A stretch of DNA of 64,000 bases. Origin: Bradymonadia bacterium (lineage in GTDB: Bacteria > Myxococcota_A > Bradymonadia > UBA7976 > UBA1532). The notes under the pieces were generated by a model that saw nothing but the letters and a program-made list of their open reading frames with translations, ran no database searches and was not told the DNA's origin. The position numbers and the translations under genes were made by a program. The stretch lies in assembly GCA_046290225.1 (NCBI GenBank), contig JBKAGE010000075.1, positions 1 through 64,000 on the forward strand. The letters run 5' to 3'. Shown piece by piece: positions 39,404-47,907 of this stretch; the first letter of the stretch is position 1, and each line of letters starts with the position of its first letter.

Positions 39404-41752
39404 ATGAACGACGATCTCAAGGTCCCCGCCATCGCCCGCGCGCTGGTGGGGTTCATCGGCCGAAAGCCCTGGGTGGCGCTGTTGCTGGGCCTGGCGACGG
39501 TCTTCGCCATGGGGCCGGGCTTTGCGAAGCTCACCGCCGACTTCACCCACAAGGGCTTCTTCTACGAGGAAGATCCGATGATGGTGAACCTCGAGGCTCT
39601 TGAGCGTCGCTTTGGCAACGACGACTCGGTGGTGGTGGCGGTGCACAGCCCCTCGGGGGTCTTCGACAAGGAGACCGTGGAGCTGTTGCAGAAGCTCACT
39701 GAGGCCATGTGGCTGGCCCCGGACGTGATTCGGGTGGACTCTCTGGCCAACTATCAGTGGGTGCACGCGGAAGAAGACGACATCCTCGTCGAGCCCTTTT
39801 TGCCCGATGACGTGGAGATCACCCCGGAGTTCCTCGCTGCCCGGAAGAAGATCGCCCTGGCCCACGAGACCTTGCCTGACTATCTGGTGAGCGCCGACGC
39901 CAAAACAGCCATGCTCTTCGCCAAAACGAAGCCGGGCTTCGAGAACCCCCCTGATTCACCTGTGGTGGTGAACGCCACTCGCAAAATCATCAAAGAGCTC
40001 GAAGCGGGCGATCACACTTTCTTCATCAGTGGCGGCCCCGCCATCAACACCGCCTTCATGGAGGCGGCGCAGATGGACATGCAGCGTATCATGCCGGTGG
40101 TGCTCGGCCTCACGGTGTTGTTGCTCATCGCGCTGTTCCGCCGCGCAGGGGGCGTGTTCTTGCCTCTGTTGGTGGTCATCCTCGCGGTGATGGGCACCAT
40201 GGGCTTCTCGGGTCTCGTGGGCCTCGAGATCACCAACATCACCGCCATCCTGCCCCAGGTGCTGCTGGCCATCGGCATCGCCGACGGGGTGCACATCATG
40301 GTGACGTTCTATGGCGCGATTGGCAGAGGCGCCACCAAACGCGAGGCGGCAGACTACACGCTGCTCAAGAACTTCCTGCCTACGCTGTTGACCAGCCTCA
40401 CCACTGCGGTGGGCTTTTTCAGCTTCATCACCGCAGATCTCAAGCCGGTGAGCGGGCTGGGCCTCATGGCGGGCCCCGGCACCCTGCTGGCGTGGTACGT
40501 GACCTACTTCGTGCTCGGGGCCCTGCTCTACATCCTGCCCTTCAAGGAGAAGGCCCGGCCTGCAGAGGCCATCGAGGCCCGCAAGCGCAGGGCTCTGGAC
40601 TTCACCAGAATGCTGCAGACCAACCGCTCAGGGATCCTGTGGGTGTTTGGGATTCTGTCGGTGAGCGCAATCGCCATCGCGGCTCAGAACACGGTGAACT
40701 CTGATCCATTCAAGTACTTCGAGGAAGGTTTCCCCGCCCGTGTGGCCAACGAGTTCATCGAGGCTGAAGTGGGGGGCGCCCGAGGGGTGGAGCTGGTGGT
40801 GGACTCTGGCAAGGCAGAGGGCATCAAAGATCCAGCCTTCCTCAAGAAGGTCGAAGCGCTTCAGATCTGGCTCGAAGACATGCCACGTGTGACGCGCACC
40901 CTGTCGATCGTCGACATCCTCAAGTCGACGCACCGATCGCTCCACGGAGACGATCCAACGAAGTACGCCCTCGCGGAGACTCAGGAGGCCATCGCCCAAG
41001 AGCTGTTGCTCTACACGATGAGCCTGCCCCAGGGCATGGATGTGAACGATCGCATCTCCGTGAAGAACGACACGCTGCGCATCACAGTGCTCTGGACGAT
41101 TCCCACCTCTTCGGAGAACGTGGAGGCCTTCGCGCACATCAGAGGCAAGGCCAAGCAGCTGGGCCTCGACGTGACGGTTACGGGCAAGAACGTCCTGTAC
41201 CAAAGCATGAACGGCTATGTGGTGAACTCCTTCCTGGTGTCGTTCACCGCGGCGGTGGTGCTCATCAGCCTGCTGCTGGTGATCTTCTTCAAATCGGTGA
41301 AGCTGGGCCTCATCGCCATGATCCCCAACCTGATCCCACTCATCGCCGGCGGCGCGGTGCTGTACCTCATCGGTCAGCCCCTGGACATCGGCACGGTGCT
41401 GGTGGCTTCGGTCTGTCTGGGCATCGCCGTGGACGACACGATCCACATCCTGGCGAACTTCAACCGTGCTCGACTCGAGGGTAAGAGCCGACAACAGGCG
41501 GTGACGGAGGTTTTGGCCTACACGACGCCGGCGCTGCTGGTGACGACGTCGATCCTGGTGCTGGCCTTCGGCAGCTTCCTGGCGGCCACCTTCATGCCCA
41601 ACCTCTACTTCGGCCTGATGGTGGCGGTGATTCTGCTGGTGGCGCTGATTACGGACGTGACCTTCCTGCCGGCGATGGTGATGGGGCGGGGGGATGATGG
41701 GGATACACCCCAGAAGTCTGGATCTGTTCGTCGGGTGCCTCAGGAAGTGTGA
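39404..41752 (+). CDS. MMPL/RND-family exporter
   Basis: Two-fold repeat; AIGIADGVH, LLTSLTTAVGF, LGIAVDDTIH, TFLPAM. Confidence 0.9.
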   Translation: MNDDLKVPAIARALVGFIGRKPWVALLLGLATVFAMGPGFAKLTADFTHKGFFYEEDPMMVNLEALERRFGNDDSVVVAVHSPSGVFDKETVELLQKLTEAMWLAPDVIRVDSLANYQWVHAEEDDILVEPFLPDDVEITPEFLAARKKIALAHETLPDYLVSADAKTAMLFAKTKPGFENPPDSPVVVNATRKIIKELEAGDHTFFISGGPAINTAFMEAAQMDMQRIMPVVLGLTVLLLIALFRRAGGVFLPLLVVILAVMGTMGFSGLVGLEITNITAILPQVLLAIGIADGVHIMVTFYGAIGRGATKREAADYTLLKNFLPTLLTSLTTAVGFFSFITADLKPVSGLGLMAGPGTLLAWYVTYFVLGALLYILPFKEKARPAEAIEARKRRALDFTRMLQTNRSGILWVFGILSVSAIAIAAQNTVNSDPFKYFEEGFPARVANEFIEAEVGGARGVELVVDSGKAEGIKDPAFLKKVEALQIWLEDMPRVTRTLSIVDILKSTHRSLHGDDPTKYALAETQEAIAQELLLYTMSLPQGMDVNDRISVKNDTLRITVLWTIPTSSENVEAFAHIRGKAKQLGLDVTVTGKNVLYQSMNGYVVNSFLVSFTAAVVLISLLLVIFFKSVKLGLIAMIPNLIPLIAGGAVLYLIGQPLDIGTVLVASVCLGIAVDDTIHILANFNRARLEGKSRQQAVTEVLAYTTPALLVTTSILVLAFGSFLAATFMPNLYFGLMVAVILLVALITDVTFLPAMVMGRGDDGDTPQKSGSVRRVPQEV

Positions 41753-41753
41753 A

Positions 41754-41845
41754 AAGAGAGTTTCGGGCACGGGCACGGGCACGGGCACGGGCACGAGTTG
41801 ATACATACGCGGACCCGTGGTCCTGTCTGGGCTCAGGTTGTGGGT
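41754..41845 (+). repeat. GGGCAC extragenic element, copy 4 (5'-truncated)
   Basis: AAGAGAGTTTC-(GGGCAC)5 at 41765-41794-GAGTTGATACATACGCGGACCCGTGGTCCTG...TTGTGGGT; begins immediately after the MMPL stop. Confidence 0.93.
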
Positions 41846-41950
41846 CAGCGACCTTTTCTGAATGATTCCGACCAGTGTCCATGTGAGACGGCCCCGCGGA
41901 GCGCCGCAGGTGGCGACAGTCGTCGTGAGCGTGGTGAGTTTGCGTGCAGA

Positions 41951-42060
41951 TGCGGGTTTTCACCCGCAGGGGTAGCAGCGCTACCCCGAGGAAGGAAAAG
42001 TCGCAGCTGTGCGTGAAATCGCCGCGCTCACGGCGGCTGGCGCCGCCGAAGGCGCGGAGC
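41951..42060. repeat. Structured intergenic element B, copy 2
   Basis: TGCGGGT.TTTC.ACCCGCA hairpin, GGGGTAGC.AGC.GCTACCCC hairpin, GAGGAAGGAA, further hairpins, ends GGAGC next to a convergent stop. Confidence 0.65.
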
Positions 42061-42061
42061 C

Positions 42062-43900
42062 CTAGTAAACGTCTTTGAGGTAGCGGCCGTTCTTGCTCAT
42101 CCATTTGAGCAGGGCCTTGGCGTCGCCTTCCGAGTAGCGGCCGTAGGTCATGATCACCTTCATCAGCGCCGCGTGTACATCCTTCGCCATGCGGCTCGCG
42201 TCGCCGCAGATGTAGATGTGGGCATCAGCGTCGATCCACTCCCAGAAGTCCTCGCCGTTCTCGAGGATGCGATCCTGCACGTAGATCTTGTGCTCTTGAT
42301 CACGAGAGAACGCCAGATCGAGGCGTGAGATCAGGCCGCTCTGGTACCAGCGCTCCACCTGCTCTTGATAGAGGTAGTCGCAGTGGGCGTGGCGGGCGCC
42401 GAAGAAGAGCCAGTTGTAGCCCTGAGCGCCGCGGGCCTCGCGCTCTTCGAGGAAGGCGCGGAAGGGGGCGATCCCCGTGCCTGGACCGATCATGATGATC
42501 GGTGCGTCGTCGTCATCGGTGATCTTGAAGTTGGGGCTGCGGTGCAGATACACCGGCACCCGACTGCCCGGTGGGCAGCGCTCACCGAGGAAGCTGCTCG
42601 ACACGCCTTTTCGGTTGCGGCCGTACATGTGATAGCGCACCACGTCCACGGTGAGGTGAACCTCGCCGGGGTGGGCCTTGGGGCTCGAAGAGATCGAGTA
42701 GAGCCGGGGGGCCAGGGGCTTGAGCGCTGCAGCGAAAGATGCCGCGTCGGGGCGGATGCCCGCGAGGCTGAGCAGATCGCCCACATGGTGCTTGCCGATG
42801 TACTCCTTGCGGGCGTCGGCGCTGTTGGCGATCGGCTGGAAGAGATCTCCGGCGTAGCGGCTCTCTGCCGCGAGCTTGAGCAGCCGGGCGTCGATCTTGA
42901 TGATGTCCAGCCGATGGGTGAGGGCGTCCAGCAAGGTCATGGCCTGACCCTGGACTTCCACCACCTCGTCGCCCCGCAAGCCCACGTTCTGCAGCGTCCA
43001 GCGGACGAGATCCGGACAGTTCTGAGGGAACAGCCCCAGGGCATCGCCCACCTTGTAGTCGATGCCGGAGCCGCGCAGCGACAGCGCCACGTGGCGGGTC
43101 TCTTTGTCGGAGTCGGCGCCGTTCAGGTTGTGGTTGACCAGGATGGTCGACATGAACGGGTTCTTGCGGGAGCCGATCTCCGGCTCTTTGGGTGCCTTGG
43201 CCGGGGTGGGCCTGGGACGCGCTGTGGGCTGTGGGCGGGCTACGGGCCGCGGTGGGGTCAGAACCTCGGCGGGCTCGTCGTACTGAGAGTCTTCGTACTC
43301 GGACTCGTCGTATTCGGACTCGTCGTACTGGGACTCTTCGTACTGGGACTCTTCGTACTGGGATTCTTCGTATTGGGATTCATCGTACGCTGACTCGTCG
43401 TATTCAGACTCGTCGTATTCCGATGCGTCTGGAGCCGCAGCGTCAGCGGAGAGATCGAGCTTGCCCAGACCGGCGATGACCTGACCCAGCCAAGCCTCGA
43501 AAGGCTCTTCGAAGTCGACGTCGCAGTCCTGTCTGGGGGCGAAGCGCTTTGCCCCCAGGGCGGCGAGGCGGCTGTCGAAGTCCTTGGCGCACTGGCAGAA
43601 CTCGTCATAGCTGGTGTCGCCGAGGCCACAGACGCTGAAATTCACGCCGGAGAGGCTTGGTGCGTCGTCGTCCATCAACGCCGCATGAAGATCTTCTGCG
43701 TTCGAGGGAGGCTCGCCATCACCGAACGTGCTGGTGACGATGAGCAGCACCTGAACGTGCGGCAGGTTGTCGGGGTCGAAGTCGTCCATATCGAGGACTT
43801 CAGCTGTGTAGCCCCGACCTGTGAGTGCCTCGCCGGCCTGCTCGGCGCAGCCCTGGGAGTTGAAGGTCTCGGTGCCATACAAAATGTAAATCGTCGACAT
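42062..43900 (-). CDS. CysJ-like diflavin (FMN/FAD/NADPH) reductase
   Basis: Flavodoxin domain (TSTFGDGEPP, GLGDTSY), RLYSISSS, MIGPGTGIAPFR, LAFSRD, YICGDASRMAKDV, C-terminal RYLKDVY. Confidence 0.9.
   Translation of the reverse strand: MSTIYILYGTETFNSQGCAEQAGEALTGRGYTAEVLDMDDFDPDNLPHVQVLLIVTSTFGDGEPPSNAEDLHAALMDDDAPSLSGVNFSVCGLGDTSYDEFCQCAKDFDSRLAALGAKRFAPRQDCDVDFEEPFEAWLGQVIAGLGKLDLSADAAAPDASEYDESEYDESAYDESQYEESQYEESQYEESQYDESEYDESEYEDSQYDEPAEVLTPPRPVARPQPTARPRPTPAKAPKEPEIGSRKNPFMSTILVNHNLNGADSDKETRHVALSLRGSGIDYKVGDALGLFPQNCPDLVRWTLQNVGLRGDEVVEVQGQAMTLLDALTHRLDIIKIDARLLKLAAESRYAGDLFQPIANSADARKEYIGKHHVGDLLSLAGIRPDAASFAAALKPLAPRLYSISSSPKAHPGEVHLTVDVVRYHMYGRNRKGVSSSFLGERCPPGSRVPVYLHRSPNFKITDDDDAPIIMIGPGTGIAPFRAFLEEREARGAQGYNWLFFGARHAHCDYLYQEQVERWYQSGLISRLDLAFSRDQEHKIYVQDRILENGEDFWEWIDADAHIYICGDASRMAKDVHAALMKVIMTYGRYSEGDAKALLKWMSKNGRYLKDVY
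43274..43423 (-). repeat. Intragenic 15-bp x10 tandem repeat encoding S(E/Q/A)Y(D/E)(E/D)
   Basis: Ten in-frame units, e.g. + strand CTCGTCGTATTCGGA and CTCTTCGTACTGGGA, in the FMN-FAD domain linker. Confidence 0.95.
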
Positions 43901-44090
43901 AACGCTGTGTATGGGTCGTTGGCAGGGTGTGCTGGAGAGATGAGCTTTGATGGTTGCGGGTCGCACCTTCTGTCGAGCAACCCTATGGCCCCATCATAAG
44001 GGCAGGTGCCTCGATGCCACCAGAGTCTAGAACAGGATTGGGAGAGAACCGATGGAGCGGCCCGTGTCCACACTGCTCCAGCAGCGGCCT

Positions 44091-44537
44091 TCAGAGCTGA
44101 GCGAGGTTGGCGATGACTTGCTCCAGCCAGGCCTCGAAGGGCTCTTCATATTCGACGTCGCAGTCCTGCCGAGGGGCAAAGCGGTGGGCGCCGAGCTCGG
44201 CGAGGCGGGCGTCGAAGTTCTTTCCACACTGGGCGAAGGTCTCGTAGCTGGTGTCGCCGAGGGCGCAGACGCTGAAGTGCACACCCTCGAGCCGCGGGGC
44301 ATCGTCACTCATCAGTGCGGCGTGGAGTTCCTGAGCGTTCGAGGGGGGCTCACCGTCGCCAAAGGTGCTGGTGATGACCAGCACGACCGGTGCTTGAGGC
44401 AGCTGCGCTGCGTCCACATCGTCCATGTCGAAGACTTGAGCGGCGTGACCACGTGCATTGAGGACCTCGCCTGCGCGCTCAGCGCACTCTTGGGCGTTGA
44501 AGCTCTCGGTACCGTACAAGATGTGAATCGTCGCCAT
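44091..44537 (-). CDS. Stand-alone flavodoxin, paralogue of the downstream reductase FMN domain
   Basis: YGTESFNA, TSTFGDGEPP, ALGDTSY, DCDVEYE; 104/148 identical, ungapped, by hand count; GAGG RBS. Confidence 0.92.
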   Translation of the reverse strand: MATIHILYGTESFNAQECAERAGEVLNARGHAAQVFDMDDVDAAQLPQAPVVLVITSTFGDGEPPSNAQELHAALMSDDAPRLEGVHFSVCALGDTSYETFAQCGKNFDARLAELGAHRFAPRQDCDVEYEEPFEAWLEQVIANLAQL

Positions 44538-44649
44538 CGAGCGTCAACCTCGCGTGTGAAGGGGGTGTGAATGGGATGTTCGCCGTCGTCTGTCAGTCGC
44601 ACATCATAGAAGAAGATGTGGTGCGCCGTGGCTCGAGTCAAAAATCAGC

Positions 44650-45633
44650 TCAGAGGGGGACTGGCACCTGAGCCACCAGAGACTCGATGAGTTGAGCCGC
44701 TTCGTCGACTTGACCCTGTAGATGATCCGCACCGCCGAGCCTTTGAACGCGGTGGGCCAGGACCGGCACGGCGAGGCGCTTCACGTCATCGGGGATGGCA
44801 TAGCCTCGGCCTTCGAGGAGAGCCCTGGCCTTGACCGCCTGCAAGAGCGCCTGGGCGCCGCGGGTGCTCACCCCTAGGCTGAGCTGCGGGCTGTTGCGGG
44901 TGCCCTGCACGATGGCCAGCAGGTAGTCGATGACCACATCCTCGACCTTGATGGCGTCCACCGCGGCCTGGAGCGCCAGCACCCCCTCACCGTCAGTGAG
45001 GGCTTCGACATCTGCTCTGAGGCCGCCGCGCCCTTTGAGAATGTCACGCTCCACAGCGAGGGCAGGGTAGCCGAGTTTGAGCCGCACCAGGAACCGGTCG
45101 AGCTGGCTCTCGGGCAGAGTGTAGGTCCCCTGATGATCCAGGGGGTTCTGGGTGGCGATGACCAGAAAGGGCGAGGGCAGGGGATATGTGGTGTTGTCGA
45201 CGGAGACCTGCCGCTCGTTCATGGCTTCGAGCAGACTGGATTGCGTCTTGGGCGTGGTGCGGTTGATCTCGTCGGCGAGCACGATCTGGGCAAAGATCGG
45301 CCCTCGCTTGAACTCGAAGGTGCTGCTGCTCTGGTCGAAGATGCTGACGCCCGTGATGTCTGCGGGGAGCAGATCACTGGTGAACTGGATGCGACGAAAC
45401 TGACAGCCCAGGGCTTGGGCCATGGCGTGGGCCAGGGTGGTCTTGCCCACCCCGGGCACGTCTTCGAGCAGGATGTGACCTCGGGCGAGGATCGCCACCA
45501 GCGCCAGATCGATCACCTCGGTCTTGCCGAGGATCACCGCGCTCAAGCGCTGTCGCAGTCGTTGAACCAGGGCCATGGCCTCAGACACGTCGATGCTCTC
45601 CTGTGTTTCGACTCTGCCCTGCCTTGGACGCAT
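44650..45633 (-). CDS. MoxR family AAA+ ATPase
   Basis: EDVPGVGKTT, RIQFTSDLLPADITG, LADEINR, ATQNP, LPESQLDRF. Start may be ATG 45576. Confidence 0.95.
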   Translation of the reverse strand: MRPRQGRVETQESIDVSEAMALVQRLRQRLSAVILGKTEVIDLALVAILARGHILLEDVPGVGKTTLAHAMAQALGCQFRRIQFTSDLLPADITGVSIFDQSSSTFEFKRGPIFAQIVLADEINRTTPKTQSSLLEAMNERQVSVDNTTYPLPSPFLVIATQNPLDHQGTYTLPESQLDRFLVRLKLGYPALAVERDILKGRGGLRADVEALTDGEGVLALQAAVDAIKVEDVVIDYLLAIVQGTRNSPQLSLGVSTRGAQALLQAVKARALLEGRGYAIPDDVKRLAVPVLAHRVQRLGGADHLQGQVDEAAQLIESLVAQVPVPL

Positions 45634-46891
45634 AGCCTGGCAGGATCACTTTGATCTCTTCGATGGCCCGAGGCGAGACGCGGCTCACCTCGAGCACGAT
45701 GCCGCGCTCGGTGGTCACCGACTCGCCCCGCCGTGGGATCCGCTTGAACTGCTCGAGCAGGTGGCCGGCGAGGGTCTCGTAGTCTTCGCTCTCCGGCAGA
45801 TCGAGGCTCAGCTCTTCGTTGAGGCGGCTCACCGGAGCCCGGGCCTGCACCAGGTATACCCCTTCGCTCACCTGGCGCCACACATGATCACCATGATCGA
45901 ACTCGTCGTTGATCTCGCCCACGATCTCCTCGAGCAGATCTTCGAGGGTCAGGATGCCCACGGCGCCGCCGAACTCATCCACCACGATGGCGAGGCTCGC
46001 TGCGGATCGCTGCAGGATGATCAAGATGTCGTCGAGGGCCTGGGTCTCGGGTACGAAGTGGGGCGGCCGCATGATGCGCTCGACGGTCTGGGCGCCGTCG
46101 TCAGCGGAGAGAAGATCGGTGTGGTGCAGCACGCCGACCACATCGTCGATGCGCTCGTGGAACACGGGCAGGCGAGAGTAGCCCTCTTTGACCAGCAGCG
46201 CCGCGGCTTCTCGGATGGTGCTCTCCTGGGAGATGCCGCACACCTCCACGAGGGGGATCATCACCGCTCGGGCGTTGAGATCACCAAAAGACATGATCCG
46301 GGCGATCATCTCCCGCTCGCCCTCTTCGATCTCCGAGTGTGGATCTTCCTGCTCCATGAGCAGCACGAGCTCCTCTCGAGAGATCATGGCTCGGGGCACA
46401 CCCTCGAGACCCAGCCATCGATAGAGCAGCCGAGCGTACCCGCGGATCACCCAGATGGGCACCGTGAGCAGCCGGTGCACGAGCATCAACGGGCCAGAGA
46501 GGCGAGGAGCCAGGGTGGTGGCCTGGGCCTGAGCGATGGTCTTGGGGATGATCTCGGCGCCGATGAGCACCAGGGGCGACATCAAGGCCAGGGCGTAGAG
46601 CTCCCCGTAATCCGGATCGATCTTCATCATCGTGAGGCTGGCCACTGTAGAGCCGGTCACTGTACTGAAGTTGGTGCCCAACAGCGTGGTGGCGAAGAGT
46701 CGATCCGGGTGTGAGCGGAACCACAACGTGCGCTCGGCGGCGCTCTGCTCACCCTTGCTGCCAGAGCGGGTGCGCTCCTCGAGTCGGATCGTATTCGCCG
46801 AGATGATGGAGAGCTCCGAGGCGGCGAAGAACGCCTCGGAGATCAAACAGGCCAGCACCACGAGCCAGGGGGCGAGCACTTCGAAGGTCAC
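45581..46891 (-). CDS. CNNM/CorB (hemolysin-family) protein: DUF21 + CBS pair + CorC domain
   Basis: FFAASE, AEIIPKTIA, GYSRLPV, VVDEFGG, LEDLLEEIVGEI, YETLAG; GTGA overlap with the upstream paralogue. Confidence 0.9.
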   Translation of the reverse strand: MTFEVLAPWLVVLACLISEAFFAASELSIISANTIRLEERTRSGSKGEQSAAERTLWFRSHPDRLFATTLLGTNFSTVTGSTVASLTMMKIDPDYGELYALALMSPLVLIGAEIIPKTIAQAQATTLAPRLSGPLMLVHRLLTVPIWVIRGYARLLYRWLGLEGVPRAMISREELVLLMEQEDPHSEIEEGEREMIARIMSFGDLNARAVMIPLVEVCGISQESTIREAAALLVKEGYSRLPVFHERIDDVVGVLHHTDLLSADDGAQTVERIMRPPHFVPETQALDDILIILQRSAASLAIVVDEFGGAVGILTLEDLLEEIVGEINDEFDHGDHVWRQVSEGVYLVQARAPVSRLNEELSLDLPESEDYETLAGHLLEQFKRIPRRGESVTTERGIVLEVSRVSPRAIEEIKVILPGYASKAGQSRNTGEHRRV

Positions 46892-47907
46892 AGCTGCGCC
46901 TCCTCGCCCTTGCGCTCCGAGGCGGTGTCGGTGATGGGCCCGAAGACCTCTTCGAGCAGATCTTCCATGGTGCACAGGCCCACGGCGAGGCCGAACTCGT
47001 TCACCACCACCGCCATGTGCGTGCGTCGTTTGCGCAGCTCTTCGAGCAGGGCCTCGGCCTGCATGTGAGGGGGCACGAAGTAGGGCCGCCGCATGAGCCC
47101 CCGGATGTTCCGGGCAGGGGTGAGCCCCCAGCGTTGAGCCAGCAGATCTTTGGCGAAGACCACCCCCACGATTTTCTGGGGATCCCGATCCCACACTGGG
47201 ATCCGGCTGTATTGATGCGTCTTCGCCAGCTCGATGATCTCGTGGATGGGGCTCTGGATCGACACCGCGCAGATGCGATCGCCGGGGGTCATGATTTGCC
47301 CCACGGATCGATCGCCGAAGTCGAGCACGTTGATGATCAGGGCCCGCTCCTGCCGTTCGATGATGCCGGACTCGGTGCCCACCTCCACGAGGGTGCGCAG
47401 CTCTTGCTCGTCGATGGTGTCGTCTGCCCCCGGGTGATTGTGTCCCAGACGCTTGGTGAGGGCGTCGGTGAAGCCCTGGATCAAGATGCGGAACGGGGTC
47501 ACGGCCCGGGCGAAGATCGACAGAGGGCCCGCCACCACGCGCCCCACCGCCTCGGGCTTGAGGGCGGCGATGGTCTTCGGGGTGATCTCACCGAAGATGA
47601 GGACCGCGGGGATCACGATGACGGAGGAGAGCAGCGCCTGCTCGGCGAGAGGCCGATCGGGGGTGAGTCCACTGACGATGGTGGCGCTCACGATGGACAA
47701 CGCCACATTGGTGAGCTCGTTGCCGAAGAGCACCACCACCAGCAACTGACGAGGACTCTCGATGAGCTGGGCCAGCATCCGATCGAGTCGCCGGTCGGAC
47801 TGCCCGAGGCGGGTGCGGGCCACCTTGCCGATGCTGAAGAGGGCGGTCTCGGAGGCGGAGAAGAATGCAGAGAGGGCCATGAGGCCACAGAACAGTGCGA
47901 TGTCCAT
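46888..47907 (-). CDS. CNNM/CorB (hemolysin-family) protein: DUF21 + CBS pair, no CorC domain
   Basis: SAFFSASETALFS, FGEITPKTIA, YSRIPV, VVNEFG, MEDLLEEVFG; ends right after the CBS pair. Confidence 0.9.
   Translation of the reverse strand: MDIALFCGLMALSAFFSASETALFSIGKVARTRLGQSDRRLDRMLAQLIESPRQLLVVVLFGNELTNVALSIVSATIVSGLTPDRPLAEQALLSSVIVIPAVLIFGEITPKTIAALKPEAVGRVVAGPLSIFARAVTPFRILIQGFTDALTKRLGHNHPGADDTIDEQELRTLVEVGTESGIIERQERALIINVLDFGDRSVGQIMTPGDRICAVSIQSPIHEIIELAKTHQYSRIPVWDRDPQKIVGVVFAKDLLAQRWGLTPARNIRGLMRRPYFVPPHMQAEALLEELRKRRTHMAVVVNEFGLAVGLCTMEDLLEEVFGPITDTASERKGEEAQL

Noticed and set aside
42062..43900. Assigning the gene symbol cysJ / a sulfate-assimilation role
   Set aside because: The fold is CysJ-like but no cysI or cysH is adjacent, so the physiological acceptor is unknown.
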